Positions 39,278 through 52,500 of a stretch of 64,000 bases of DNA are shown one piece after another. This DNA is from Catajapyx aquilonaris. Lineage: Eukaryota. The stretch lies in the NCBI GenBank assembly GCA_000934665.2, contig JYFJ02000689.1, positions 1 through 64,000 on the forward strand, given 5' to 3'. A program made the position numbers and the translations under genes. Numbering within the stretch: position 1 is the first letter of the stretch; every line of letters begins with the position of its first letter. Below the pieces are notes generated by a model. That model made no database searches. It saw only the letters and a list, made by a program, of their open reading frames with translations, and was not told where the DNA came from.

Positions 39278-40029
39278 TTCTTTTTGAAGAGCAGAACCTT
39301 TCGTCTTTAGAACAGGAAAGTGTTCTACAAAATGTTCTAGAAAAATGTTCTGCTGACAAAAGTTTTCGAATCTGATCGACAGATGGCAGGTGTTGTCAAG
39401 GGCTTTCTAAAATTGCGTCAGATTTCATTTTTTTTTAAATTAATCCTGCGCAATATTTTTAAATAGCAAATAATTAACGCAACAAGTGCTGCATAATTTT
39501 TTAATTGAATTATTGCAAACTGTTTAAATTTTTCCTTCCCCCCCTTTTTTTTTAAAATGCTGACTAGTTCTAAATGTGGCCCATAGATGGCTTCATTGTA
39601 GTTTCGTTAAAGAGCACTAGATGCTAGACTAGATGGCAGGAGGCAATGTAACACTCGCTAAATATTATTGCAATTAAGAATTAAATGCTTCGCTGCATGA
39701 ATTATTTGCGATTAATTACTTCACCGCATGAATTAATTACGATTGTTAATTAAACGCACCTTTTAAAATAAGGGTGCGTTCCAAATAACAGCTACATCAT
39801 GTAGCCACTAACGGCAACTACAGCTACTTTTGCATAATTTGCCACTTCACTTCTCAACGCCATAGTTAACGCCCCCCATTATTACTTCAACCTGCATATA
39901 TTTGAAGTGCGATTTAATTGCACAATTAGATCCTGGCAATTACATTTAATTTCAACCGAAATAACGCCTGCCTCCAACCTAGCCGCTACGTTGTAACAGT
40001 TATTCCCATCCCTTGATCTGTGACATTTC

Positions 40030-40094
40030 CCTGTTGGCAACACTGCTGCGTCTTCGTCGTTTATTATTCGTGGCCGGAAAGAAGTTCGGCAAAG
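40030..40094 (+). promoter_or_regulatory. Putative RpL36 promoter and non-coding first exon
   Basis: The RpL36 ATG directly follows an acceptor (ccgcag|ATG), so an upstream exon is required. This candidate has TGGCAACACTG, a pyrimidine-rich gtcttc start and a donor AAG|gtttgt at 40095. Confidence 0.45.
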
Positions 40095-40549
40095 GTTTGT
40101 TTGGCGAAAATCCGGGTTGATCTCGCTGAAAATGGCATCATCTGGCCTTTAAAACCGCGCAGAATTGATGGTTGAAATTGGCTGGAGCAAACTAGGATTC
40201 GGGGGGTGGTGTCAAGTTTTGGCAATTCATTTTTTGGGGCGAAAATAGAAGTGGAACGCATGGCGGATAAGAAATCCTTGTGAAGAAAATATTATTTTCG
40301 CAATTAATTATTTTAATAAATGTGACAAGTTCGCACAGCATATTTTGTGTGCACGAAAAAAAAAAATGTGGGCCTGTGTTTAGCGTATATTTTTTTGCAA
40401 ATTATTTTTACTTCTGTTCGCAAAATGATTTTTCATACATTTTTTGCACATTATTCTAACGATTTAATTTTACACACTTGATTTTGCTATTCGTATTACT
40501 ATATTTTGCAATATATTGTTACATTTTAGAAATGTACATACTTTTTTCA

Positions 40550-40990
40550 CTCGTGTACGTACTTTTCCACTAATTATTGTACGTACTTTTCAAATTATTT
40601 TACGCGCTTCACTAATTGTACGTACTTTTCAAATTATTTTACATGCTTCACTAATTGGACGTACTTTTAAAATTATTTTACGTACTTCACTAATTGTACG
40701 TACTTATTTCACTCATTGTATGTACTTATTTCACTAATTTATTGTACGTACTTGTTTCACTAATTTATTGTACATACTTGTTTCACTAATTCTAAGTACT
40801 TGCCAAATTATTTTACGTACATTTTCCACTAATTATTGAACGTACTTTACAAATTATTTTAATTTTGCTATGTACTTGTTTTACAAATGATTCTGAGTAC
40901 TTGTTTTACCAAATTATTTTGCGTACTTATTTGAATAATTATTTTACACAATTTATGTGCTTATTTGACCAATTATTTTAAAATTTCTTT
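40550..40990. repeat. Degenerate tandem repeat (cactaattgtacgtacttt...)
   Basis: Repeated units of 27-39 bp. Confidence 0.75.
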
Positions 40991-41211
40991 TACGTCATTT
41001 GCGACTTATTTTACGAATTAATTTACATATTTGCGAATTAATTGCACGAGATTACTCTGAATTTAGGGATATTTTGCAAAGTGTGTGTTAACCTGATTTG
41101 CGTAAAAGCAAGCCTTGTGAGCCGTGTACGAGATTACTTGCTTGTACTTTCGTGGCATGTACATTTAATACGGGTCATTACTTGCGATATTGACGTTACA
41201 CCTTTCCGCAG

Positions 41212-41673
41212 ATGGCGCCTCGGTACGACATGTGCATTGGCCTGAAGAAGGGGTACAAGACCACCAAGAACCCGCAGAAGCCTCGGCCATCCAACTCCAA
41301 GGGGGTGAGAAACCATAGTTGTTGGCAGCATGTTCACGAAGGTTAACGCCACATGTTTGCTTTACAGCGACTGACGAAGCGGGTCAAGTTTGTGCGAGAC
41401 CTGGTCCGCGAGATTGTAGGTCACGCCGCGTATGAGAAGAGAGCCATCGAGTTGCTCAGGGTCTCACGAGACAAGAAGGCCATGAAGTTCCTCAAGAAGA
41501 GGGTAAGTCGTTGTGCCCGCACACAGAACAGTGCCGTTGCAATAACTGAAATTTTGCGGTGCGCTTACTGCTATTGTACTTTACAGCTCGGTACTCACAT
41601 CCGTGCGAAGAGGAAGCGAGAGGAGCTGAACACCATCCTGTTCCAGATGAGGAAGGCGCAGACGCAGAAGTAA
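41212..41673 (+). CDS. RpL36: 60S ribosomal protein L36 (eL36), 104 aa
   Basis: [19 protein letters not shown]...[54 protein letters not shown]. Exons: 41212-41304, 41368-41502, 41587-41673. Confidence 0.97.
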
Positions 41674-42574
41674 AATCGAGTCTGTAATATAAAGACGCAA
41701 AAAATTATAAAAACGATGACGTGAAGCTAAATTTTATTCCTGATTTGTTGACGGACTGTTTGAATGCAAAATAATGCAGGGGGAAGTACACCCAAATAAT
41801 GATAAATGTGCCGTTTTCAGTTGCAGAAAATTTGTGTGTCATGACGTTCGCGTTAATATGCGATTTCATTAGATTATTGGCAAAAAAAAAATTGCCCAAT
41901 GATTTTCTCACATTTTGCATTCATACAACGTTGCTGAAGTGTCACCTTTTCTCTCAAGATTAATTAGCATTAGGTACATAAAATTAAGCCACGTCCCAAC
42001 TGGTCCTAACGAGCTGAAATTTTAATTAGTGCCTGTTCATTGTTGATCTTGGAAAAGCACATGCTCGTGCAGTTAGGTTAGGCGCAATAAATGTGCTGTA
42101 GTAGTTCGGTGCAAACTACTGGATGTTTCAGAATGATTTAGCGTAAAACATGCCGAGTGAATTGTGCAATTTTTGTTAGGCAGGGTCGGATGTGAACTTG
42201 AGAACACGTGACATTTAATCACCAGCCGCGGGGAATGCAGGAAATTAGTCATTGCTGGAATGCGGCAAGTGGAAGCTGCTTTACGATCGTAACGCCCCAG
42301 CTGCCCAGTTCAAGAGTTGGAACTAGCAATTTGCACTGGTAATACTTCAGGGAGTAATTTTGCCAAAACTGATGCCGCTCTTACCAGTGCCGTTCCCTGC
42401 GACGTAATTGCATGTGGAAATGTACGCCATTGTCCAGGTCGAATTGTCACGTCCATTGCAGGTGATGCGACCGAGTAAGCATACACGTGGCCTGCAGGGG
42501 GTACGAACAATTCAATGAAACATATAGTGTCAACATCGCATTTATTAATTTGCATACATGCGCGCGCCAAATTG

Positions 42575-45500
42575 TCATTTATTCCTGGTGAGTGTCCGTT
42601 GCTTCTCGGCAAACTCGACGATCTTATCCTGTACATGCAGACCTTTCCGTCTTCTGACGGCATCCATGTATTTCTTAGCCCGGTTTTCAGAGTCCGCCTT
42701 CTCTCCGTACAGCAAGTACTCCTCCTCCGTTCGTGGAACCCAAAACGGGTCTATGTCCAGTACCTGCGAACCAGAAAAAAATATATATTAACTCGGGGTG
42801 ATTTATGGACATGATCTTTTTCCTGGAATTGGTCGATGGTTTTTTTTTTCAGCTGTTGCTTTTTTTTCTAAGAAGTTGGTTGGAGCGTGGAGATGAGTCA
42901 CTTTGAATTGGGCACCTTTTCGTCCAGTTTTTTTTTTCTTCTCATTATACGCCTGACATAGTTGAGGGCTCGTTACCGCAATACTTGACTCACCCACACA
43001 CATGCAATGTTGGTAATTGTCATTTACTTTCAACTGTCAAAAGCATCCGACGTTAATCCTGCGAACATTCACATTTTAATTCTACACCGCCAAAAATTAA
43101 TTACTAACTAAGCGCAGGCAAGATGCTAATAAAAACAATGTTTTAATAAAGTAATTTTAAACTAATAAATATTTTAAGAAAGGGCTTAGAGGTTACCAAT
43201 TTCTAATATCGTGAGTTTTTAATCATTATTCTTAGTACGTTAGCCGGTAATTTCATACCACCAAAAATTAATAAATAAATAATTAATAGCAAGCAAGGTC
43301 CCAGCTGAAAATAATTGTTTTAATGAAGTAATTTTAAAATAATCAATATTTATAGCAATGCGCTTAAAAGTTACCAGGCTAAATTTTGTATAATTATTTT
43401 AGTACATTAGCAGCTAATTTTATGTATAAAATTAATAGTTAATAATATTGGCAAGATGGTTTTATTAAAGTAATTTTTTAAATAATGAATATTTTTTATG
43501 AAGAAGCTTCGAGGTTACCAACGTTAGCTTCTAATACCTGAATTTTAGGCATAATTTGCAGTACATTAGCAGATAATTTTTATAACACAAAAATTAATAA
43601 TAATTAATAGCAAAAGTTACTGGCTGAAAATAACATTGCAATAAAATATTTTTTTTAGCTTGGAAGACTGCTCATAATCATCTGAATTTTTTGTCATTAT
43701 TTGAGCACATTAGCAGCTAAATTTTCTATGACACCAAAAAAAAAATTACAATAAAAATTAATTGCAAGCAAGATGCCAACTGAAAATTATGTTTTGATAA
43801 AATTATTTTATATCAAATTATTTTTTAGCTTAACAGACAAATTAGCTGCTCATAATCGGCTGAATTTTTTATCGTTATTTGAGCACATTAGCAGCTAATT
43901 TTTATAACACCCCCCCAAAAAAAAATTAATTCAATGCAACCAAGATGCCAACTTGAAGTTTCCAACAACCCTGAATTTCTTGGGACCAATTTTTTTCCAC
44001 CCCCCCTTCCTATTGACACCTTTTGCAATTATTATTACACCACAGCAGCATGTTAACCTCGCTCCATTTGCATTTTTTTATAAACAAATTTTAAACCATG
44101 AATCCAGCAAATTAAAACAGTTAGATGACCTTTTCCATCTTAACACCCTCTGGGGGGCTTCTCCATTCATTTATATAAATATTTTTTTTATATACATTTT
44201 TTCTTTCTTTCTTTCTTCTTCTTCTCTAAAAATTTTCACGCATCATTCTGTTCAAGACAAACACGTGTGCATGGTAGGAATTTTTAGTTTCGTGCAGAAG
44301 CCGTCCCGCAATTACCTTTTTTTTTTTGTATTTTCTTTTTCTTCAGGCTGTAAACCGGCCTCCATCTCCAAAAAATCTCTAACCGCTGTCCCGAACTGCT
44401 AAGTCCAGTAGCCGTAACATTAATCAAGGAGGGAAGAAGACTCGTGAGGGAAAGGTAACTGCCTCAAGGTCCCCACCATTAAAACGCCACAAAAACAAGG
44501 TTTTCAAAAAAAGAGAGAGAAGAGAGAGAGAAAATTCCTTCTCAAAAAAAGGCTATTGGAAACGAAAAAAAAAGGAGGCACGAAAAATTAACAGGCCTAT
44601 AAAACTACTGAATGTCCTTTAGCCCTCTGAAGGAATTTTTGGTGAGCTCCTCAGTAGGATATATGGGAGCGGCTGTGATGCTGTCAGATTTTGGGCGTTG
44701 GTTCCCTCCTCCTCCTCCCCCCCACCCATCTTTGCCACCCCTCAAGCTACCTGATGAGGGACCTTCTTTGTTTGGTAAGGCCGGAAGTTGGATTTGTTTG
44801 AAGTTTCAGTTTGGGAAAAACCCACCTTAAAGAAAAGCCAGTGCTGACAACGAAAGTGTCACTCTTCTTAGCATACAGATGAGCCTAATAATATTATAGG
44901 CTCATCTATTGCTAAGAAGTGACTAAAATTTTTCAGTCATCTACATTAGTTCTTGCTCCAAAAATAAAAATGGGAGAGAAATCATGAAAATTCCGTACAG
45001 TTTGCCCTGGACGTACGTTAGCCTCGACTTACGTACAGCCTGACTTACGTAGAATTGTCCGTCAATCGGCAAGTGTTGCGGTTTGAGAACAATGGCTCCG
45101 ACTTACGTACAGCCTGACTTACGTAGAATTGTCCGTCAATCTGAAAGTGTTGCGGTTTGAGAACAATGGTCTCCGAGTTACGCACAGCCTGACTTACGTA
45201 GAATTGTCCGTCAATCGGAAAGTGTTGCGGTTTGGGAACAATAGCTCCGACTTACGTACAGCCTGACTTACGTAGAATTGTCCGTCAATCGGAAAAAGTG
45301 TTGCGGTTTGGGAACAATAGCTCCGACTTACGTACAGCCTGACTTACGTAGAATTGTCCGTCAATCGGAAAGTGTTGCGGTTTGGGAACAATGGTCTCCG
45401 AGTTACGTAAGACTCGACTTACGTATACGTAAGTCGGGACTGTCTTGAAATTTTTCATTAAATTTTTCAGCGTATATTGTTGCGACTTGCCTCCCAGTGG

Positions 45501-45675
45501 CTGAATAGCAGCTGTGGCGATGCAAGTCCCGACGTTTGTCGTCTTATCTCGTTGGCAAAGTTGAAGCTCTCGACGACTGGTAGGACGGCCGTGACGCTAA
45601 ACGACGAAGAGCCTTCCTCCATGTCGCCGTGCAGGACTCGGCCATGGCGACGACCAAGGACGGCGTACATCTTAC
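42575..45675 (-). CDS. EFL1: Elongation factor-like GTPase 1 (EFL1/Ria1), last two coding exons only
   Basis: Exon 45675-45491 encodes [15 protein letters not shown]...[31 protein letters not shown]. Exon 42763-42575 encodes [42 protein letters not shown]...[11 protein letters not shown]. This C-terminus is diagnostic of EFL1. The intron between them is GC-AG. Confidence 0.93.
45010..45445. repeat. ~75-bp tandem repeat x5 ending in a palindrome, possibly the interior of a MITE
   Basis: Unit gacttacgtacagcctgacttacgtagaattgtccgtcaatcggaaagtgttgcggtttgggaacaat. Terminal palindrome cgacttacgtatacgtaagtcg. Confidence 0.85.
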
Positions 45676-46319
45676 CTGCCAAGGGAGGGAAGAAAAAAAA
45701 AGACACCCAGTTCACCTCTAAGAAGAAGGGTAGGGCGCAAACACTAATCCTTAGACAGCTTCCATTCACACCTTTGACAAAGGAGCATGCCAAGCACGCT
45801 TCGGGTCATAAAGTCAAGAAGGTAGGGTGTGCAAGGAAGCCCTCCCCCCCCCAAAAAAGATTGGCATCAGCCAAAGCTTCTCCCCCATCCAAGAGATGGA
45901 TGAGGCCACTGAAAACCCAGCGGGGTCGCGACTACCAGGGTTACCCGTAGGTCAATCCGTCTTTTCCAACTGTCATGCCCCCCACGGGCCACGCGACCCA
46001 ACCCTTAGTATTTCTCTTCTTCTTTTTTTACACATATATATAGTAGTTGTTGTTAAACCAAAGAAGTTGGTTAGGTTGTTTGTCGCTCTGGGTTGCGTCA
46101 CGGCCTCGGTGTCAGTTGGCGAGATCTGAAAGTGTCCGGCCTTGGATTTTATAAGAGAAGGTGCCCACCCTTACACACTTTTACCTGTTGCAAGCTGCTA
46201 CCTAAAAAATTTCAGGCGCTCTTAAGGAATTACCTATCATTTGTACAGTACCTACTCAAGAGACTTAAATTATTCTAGAATGTACCAACATGGCAACATT
46301 GATCGTTAAATACAGGTTA

Positions 46320-47040
46320 AATGCTCTAACACACGACAAACGGTAGTTAAACGCTCGAACGTACGATCAATGTCAGTTAAATACTTGAACGTACTAACTA
46401 TTGTCATAAATACTTGTAGGTATAGAAACAAGCGTGAAAATTACTCGTATATGTATACATGCAATATTATGATGAACACTCGCACGTACGACCAATGGCT
46501 GGTAAATACTCGAACGTATACGAATAATTGAGAGAAAAACTCGTAGCCTACTTATATGAACAATTATGATAAATACGCGCACGTACGAACAATTGATAGA
46601 AATACTCGTACGAACAGTGTACGATCAATTGAGAGAAATACCCGCACGAACAGTATACGAACAATTGAGAGAAATACTCGTACGAACAGTATACGAACAA
46701 TTGAGAGAAATACTCGTACGTACGACTAAAGACAGGTAAATACTCGTACGTATACGAGTATTCATTGAATACTCGTATACGTATACGAACAACTGTGATG
46801 GATACTCGTACGTATACGAACAATTAATTGTAATAAATAATCGTACGTCCGTCAATTGTTGTTAAATATTCGAACGTATGAACAAAATAATTGAGAGAAA
46901 TACGCGTACGAACGATTATGATAAATACTCGTACGTATATTATATGCGAACGATTATGAGAAATACTCGTGCGTATGACCAATGGCAGTTAAATACTCGA
47001 AAGTACGAACAAGCACAAATCATGGCCGTTAACGTATGTA
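46320..47040. repeat. Degenerate tandem repeat (aaatactcgtacgtatacgaacaatt)
   Basis: Roughly 20 diverged units of about 33-36 bp. Confidence 0.8.
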
Positions 47041-48099
47041 TACAAAAATGGTATGTATACAAAAATACTAAATAATCCGATATTGCTCTGTTTTTTTTAC
47101 ATTCCTCCCCATTTACAAAACCGGTTGGAAGAAAGGCGGTTAAAAATGGCAGAGTCCTTCGGCTAAATCTGTCTCTTGGGTTTGACCAGTGTCCAGCCAC
47201 GCCCTTATGGCTCTGGCTGTTGGGTATACACCTTTTTCTTGTTTACGCTACTCGACCTTACGTCCTTACCACAGCACATTGGCTTTCGATTCACGGATCA
47301 TGCCGAGCCCACATTTTGTGATCAGGAAGCTCAAGGTGGAATATATTGGCTTCCAAATGTTTGTGTGGGGCGTTTGTGTCTTTCAAAGCTTTAAAAGTAT
47401 GACATCCTGTGCGAGATTCATCACGGAAGAGGCGTTTTTAGGACCCACAGATTTTTGTCACCTGTAACACCTGCCACTGAGTCACTTCTCCCCGGTGTAC
47501 GAGGAGGACTCCCCCCAAAATTCTCGGTTGGCACGACAGCAATTCAAAAATCCGGTTTTTCCAGCCCAGGCCAAGAGGAAACCGAAACAGTAGCCGGCTT
47601 CCAATGTACAAATTGCTACTTAGAAAAGTGGAATGGAAGAAGAAGAAGAAAAAAAAGGAACTGGTTCCAACCATAGGACCGCTTCGAACCAATTAGGCTT
47701 CGTAATTTTTTTATATATATAATATATTATATTAAAAGTTGACGCCACGCAACCTGACCTTTCCTGGAAGTAAAAATTTTTATGAAAAGCGACGTCATGC
47801 ATGGTATTGCGTGCAGATTTTTGATGTCATCACTCACCCACCACCTGTATAATCCCCTTAAGGGGGGAGGGGGGGAGGGGCAAAAATCTGGATTCCGGTT
47901 TTTCAAATGGGGCGTGGGGTGTAATCACGACATTATCACCTGGCCGGAAGGAGCCTTCAACATGATTTCTTCGGGGCCACTCATGTTACGTACGCAAAGT
48001 GCGTAATGAGTCTAATGACTCACCCCAAACCATGCAAAGTAATGAGGTAAATGGACGAAAATAACGATTAGGTAGCTTGGGGATGTATACAGTATAATA

Positions 48100-48960
48100 T
48101 AAGAGTGTGTTTGTTTGTCTCAATGAAATTTGTATATGAAATGTGTATATCTTATAGGCCTACCGGTACGTATAGTATAAAAGGCAAAAGTATGTTGGCT
48201 TGTTTGTTAATTGGTCCATTTTCATGCCAATTTCATACCCATTATTACGCATACAAGGCATTGTCCCATTGAAATTTGCATGAATCTATGTATATGTAAA
48301 AGGCAAAGTTTGGTTGTTTGTCTTATTGAAATTGGTATGAATCTATGTAACTATATGTATGTAAAAAAGCAGTTTGTGTGTCCCATTGAAATGGGTATGA
48401 AATGTGTATATCCTCACATATAAAGGGAAAGTTTGTTGGTTTGTGAATTTGTCCCATTTTCATATATGTCAATTTCATACCCATTATCAAGCATGGAAGG
48501 CAAACTCTGTTTGTCTGCCCCACTGAAATTGGTATGAAATGTCTATAAATCAATGGTCTGCACCCTATACATAAAAAAGGAAAGGTTTGTTTGTTTGTTT
48601 GTTTGTTTGTTTGTTTGTTTGTCCCATTTCATGCCCATTTTAATGCATAGAAGGCAGAGTTTGTTTGTTTGTCCCATTGAAATGGGTATGAAATTGTCAT
48701 GAAATGGGACAAACATATAGCCTTTTATACAGCACACATATAGATTAGATCTATATGTGTATAAAAGTCAAATTTGTCTGTTTTGTCCCATTTCATATCA
48801 ATTTAATACCCAGATTGAAGGCAGTTTGTTCGTTTGTCCCAATTGCAATGGATATGAAATTGGCATGAAATTGCCCTTTCATACACATACATGAAAATGT
48901 GTGTATAAAAGGCAAAAAGGTCTGTTTGTTCTGTCCCATTTTCATACCAATTTCATACCC
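48100..48960. repeat. Helitron-like repeat array (aaggcaaagtttgtttgtttgtcccat...) upstream of argos
   Basis: Recurrent gtttgtcccat / gaaattggtatgaa modules and a (TTTG)n tract. Confidence 0.65.
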
Positions 48961-49120
48961 ATCCCACACCAGATTGGAGACAACAAGATGACCACTTTGT
49001 CCAGTGTAGGTGGACACAAATACTCCAAGTGGGCGAGGGATACCAAACGGTTTTTCCCTCTCTTCTTCTCTCTCTCTCTCTCTCTCTCCACCCCCTTGAT
49101 CCTGCGCAGCTCCTCCCCAG

Positions 49121-49195
49121 ACATGAATGGACGCTTCCAGTCATTCATGAGAAAGAGCTATAAAACCTTGTAGTAAGTGCGAAGGTGCGCAGTTG
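49121..49195 (+). promoter_or_regulatory. argos core promoter: TATA, Inr-like element and Capicua site
   Basis: TATAAAA at 49159-49165, GCAGTT with the A at 49191 (32 nt downstream), TGAATGGA at 49124-49131. Confidence 0.6.
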
Positions 49196-49574
49196 GAGGG
49201 TTGGAGATGGTGGGGGTGGGACAGGTGGCAAAGCCCACGTGGTAAAAGTTGGAGGGCTTCTGGACAATCATTTTCTCTTCGCTTACTCAACGCGCCTCAG
49301 GTGTTGTGTAGTGGAGGGACCTGTGGTGGTAAGGGGTGGTTCCCAAAAAAAAAAACGAAAAAAAAAGAAAAACTCAAAACACAAAAAAAAAACACTCAAA
49401 AGTGGTAGGTGGTGTGGGGGTTGGACAAAAACACGAGAGAAGGTGAACCGGGATTTTTGTTCTTCATGCATCACCGGCGAGCTGGGATGCTGTTGGCTGT
49501 TGCTCCGGCTTGTTGCTAGTGCTTGTTTGTGGTTTTTGGTGGGGGAAGGGAGGGGGGGGGAGTGTCCCACAACA

Positions 49575-52500
49575 ATGAGCTGGACTGAGGTGACGTTGTT
49601 GGCCGTGGTGTGGCTCATATGGGCCACCCAGGCACGACCTGCGGCCAGGATGACCCTGCCCTTCGTGGTCCAGCAGTCGCACTACCATCATCCGAGGGTC
49701 TCACACGTCTTCTACCAGGTCGGGGTAAGTTGAGACGCAGTGCCATGGCACCTGCACGTGGACCTTTAGGCAGTGAGAAAAACCTGTTGACTTCCGGTCA
49801 AAACGTTTGCGACAATGCCCTCGAATAACTGCGCCCGAATAACTTCAATATTATTGTAGAGGTACCATGGCCGGTCATGTTGTCAAGATCCTGTGCCGGT
49901 ACACGTGACGAAATACTTATCGCGGACGTTGTAGGAAAGTCACATTGTCGCGGGACACACAATGACGTTACTTCAACTACGTCATAGTCAGGCACTTTCA
50001 TACACAGTGTGTGGCACCTTTATGGCGTCATTGTCAGCATGTGACGTGACGGTGGGACATTTGATGTCACAACCATGGTGGCACCTTGTACGACGTTATT
50101 AATGTGTCATATTTGATGTCACAAAAAGTATAGCACCTTGTATACGTCATTGATGTGACGTGACAGGGGTACCGCCAATACGCCACAAACAAGATGGTAT
50201 CTTGTATGACGTCATTGTCAGTACGTGACGTGACAGTGGTACCTCTGATGACGTCACAAACAAGCTGGCACAGTCCATGACGTTATTGTCAGCATGTGAC
50301 TTGACATCTTTGATGATCCCACAAACATGGTGGCACCTTGCGTGATGTCATTAATGTGACGTGACCATGGTGCCACCGTCGTCTTTCCCGTCATATGCAG
50401 GAACTTTCATACACGATGGCGTGTGTCGTGGCACCTTGTACGACGTCATTAATGTGACAGTGGCACCCAACATGATGGCCATTTGCGGATCTCTCCTGTC
50501 ATATGCAGATTCATTCATACACGATGACATGTGGCACCTTAGATGACATCACAAACGCGGCACTTGTACGACGTCATTAATGTGACGTGGTGGTGGCACA
50601 TTTACAATATGGTACCTTCGCGTCATTGGCAGTACGTGACGTGACAGGTACCACTGATGACGTCATAAATGGCGTCACTGTCAGACTGTGGCACCTTTTA
50701 TGACGTCACAAACATGGTGGCACCTTGTATGACGTCACAAACATGGTGGCACCTTGTATGACGGCATTAATGCGACGTGACCCACCATTAGGGGGTGCCA
50801 CCGTCACCTTTCCTGTTCAACGCTGATTTCACAAGCATATTGTGGCACCTTTTGACTTCTTTAGTGATGCGACGGTGGTACCCAACATGTGAGGGTGTCA
50901 CCGTCGTCTTTCTTTCGACTTGTCATGTTCCCCCTCCAAGTGGACCGAGCCAAGTCAGATGGAACCAAAACCGGGTCCATCTGAAGACCGCAAGTCCCCC
51001 CCCCTCGCTCGACACGTGACAAGAAGAGATTCCTCCCCGATTGTTGTAGTCACGGTGCACTGGTCCTGGGGTTTTGCACACGTGGTCTCCCAAGGATAAA
51101 AACGCGTATTTAATGCCTGGACGTGCTCCATGGGCGGCCTAATGACTCACATCGGGTGCGCTGCCTTAGGTCAGGGTTTTTGGACACCCTGTCCGAAACA
51201 TTTTTAAAAAAACTATTTAAATTTTTTTGGGGGGGAAAAAAGAAAATACGGGGGGTGGCCTCGAGGGCCCATCTTTGGAAACAGGAAATCTGATTGATCA
51301 TAATAATAATGGTGATCAAAGCAAGTTGGCCTCCAGTAAGCCCTATGCTTGGTTGGTACCCCCAGGCCGGGAAGTCATACCACTCTTGGAAGTAGTTGCC
51401 CCCGGAGGACTTTTCCTTTCCTGTTTCATTCAAGACGGTTGAAGTGGTGGTGGTAGGGGGATGGGGGTGGAGGTGGAGGAGGCCGGCTTACCAGTTCATT
51501 CATTGCTCTCTCTCCGATCATTCATGACTGGAGCTCGTTAGTTCACAGGACACGCCGGCTCTCCAAAAAGAAGGTCAACTGCCTCTCTCTTCAAGGGGGT
51601 GGGTTTTGCTTTCTCTACCCCTCCATCCGTTTCGATCCAGGCTTGGAAATGCAACCAATAATTGGCCTGGCCTACTCGTCCGACCAGGTCCAGGAATGCC
51701 ATTTTTTTTTTTGCCACCAACTATTTTTTTTGTTTTTTTTGCAATGTCCACCAGTTGGCACGTCTGGATCACCCTGTAGTTTTGTGCAATGTGCACTCGC
51801 TTCTGGAACAGCATGCAGTTTTTTGTCATATAGTGCACACTTCTGTAGCACCCTGTACTTTTTGTCCAAAGTGTACGAACTTCTAGAACATCATGTACTT
51901 ATTTGTCTACAGTGCACTGCACACTGTCTGGAACACCCCGTATTTTTTCGTCCAAGAGTGTAAATTAAGTGTTGAACTGGTGGCGCCTCGAGCCGATAGC
52001 AGCAAAAGAGAGCACCGAAGCGACGTATTAGTTTCTATTAGATGAATGTTTTTTTTAACGAGCGCAACCGAGTGCGCACCCTCACTCTCGCAGCTCGTCT
52101 GTTGTGAAAACAGCGCTAATTTAATATATTATTGTTGCAATTTATTTAATATTTAGAGTTTATTATTTGTATATTCGTGTTTATTATTTTTACTGTGATT
52201 TATTATTTTTACTACTATTATTTATTTTGACACATGATTATTTATTATTTATTCATTAATGATGTTTATTTTTACCGCTATTATTAATTATTACTCATGA
52301 TTACTTATTATTCATTATTACTCACGATTACTTATTATTACTTATTAATTATTATTAGTTACTAGTTATTACTTATAAGGCTACTTATTAATTATTATTA
52401 GTTACTAGTTATTACTGATAAGGCTACTTATTAATTATTATTAGTTACTAGTTATTACTAACTTATAAGGCTACTTATTCATTTATTGTTTCATTGAATT

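Noticed and set aside
45010..45445. CRISPR-like array
   Set aside because: Units are near-identical along their whole length with no unique spacers, there are no cas genes, and the context is a eukaryotic intron.
37608..45675. HAX1, EFL1 and RpL36 as a functional neutropenia or ribosome cluster
   Set aside because: The human disease association gives no mechanism in an arthropod. Ancestral linkage of housekeeping genes is a sufficient explanation.
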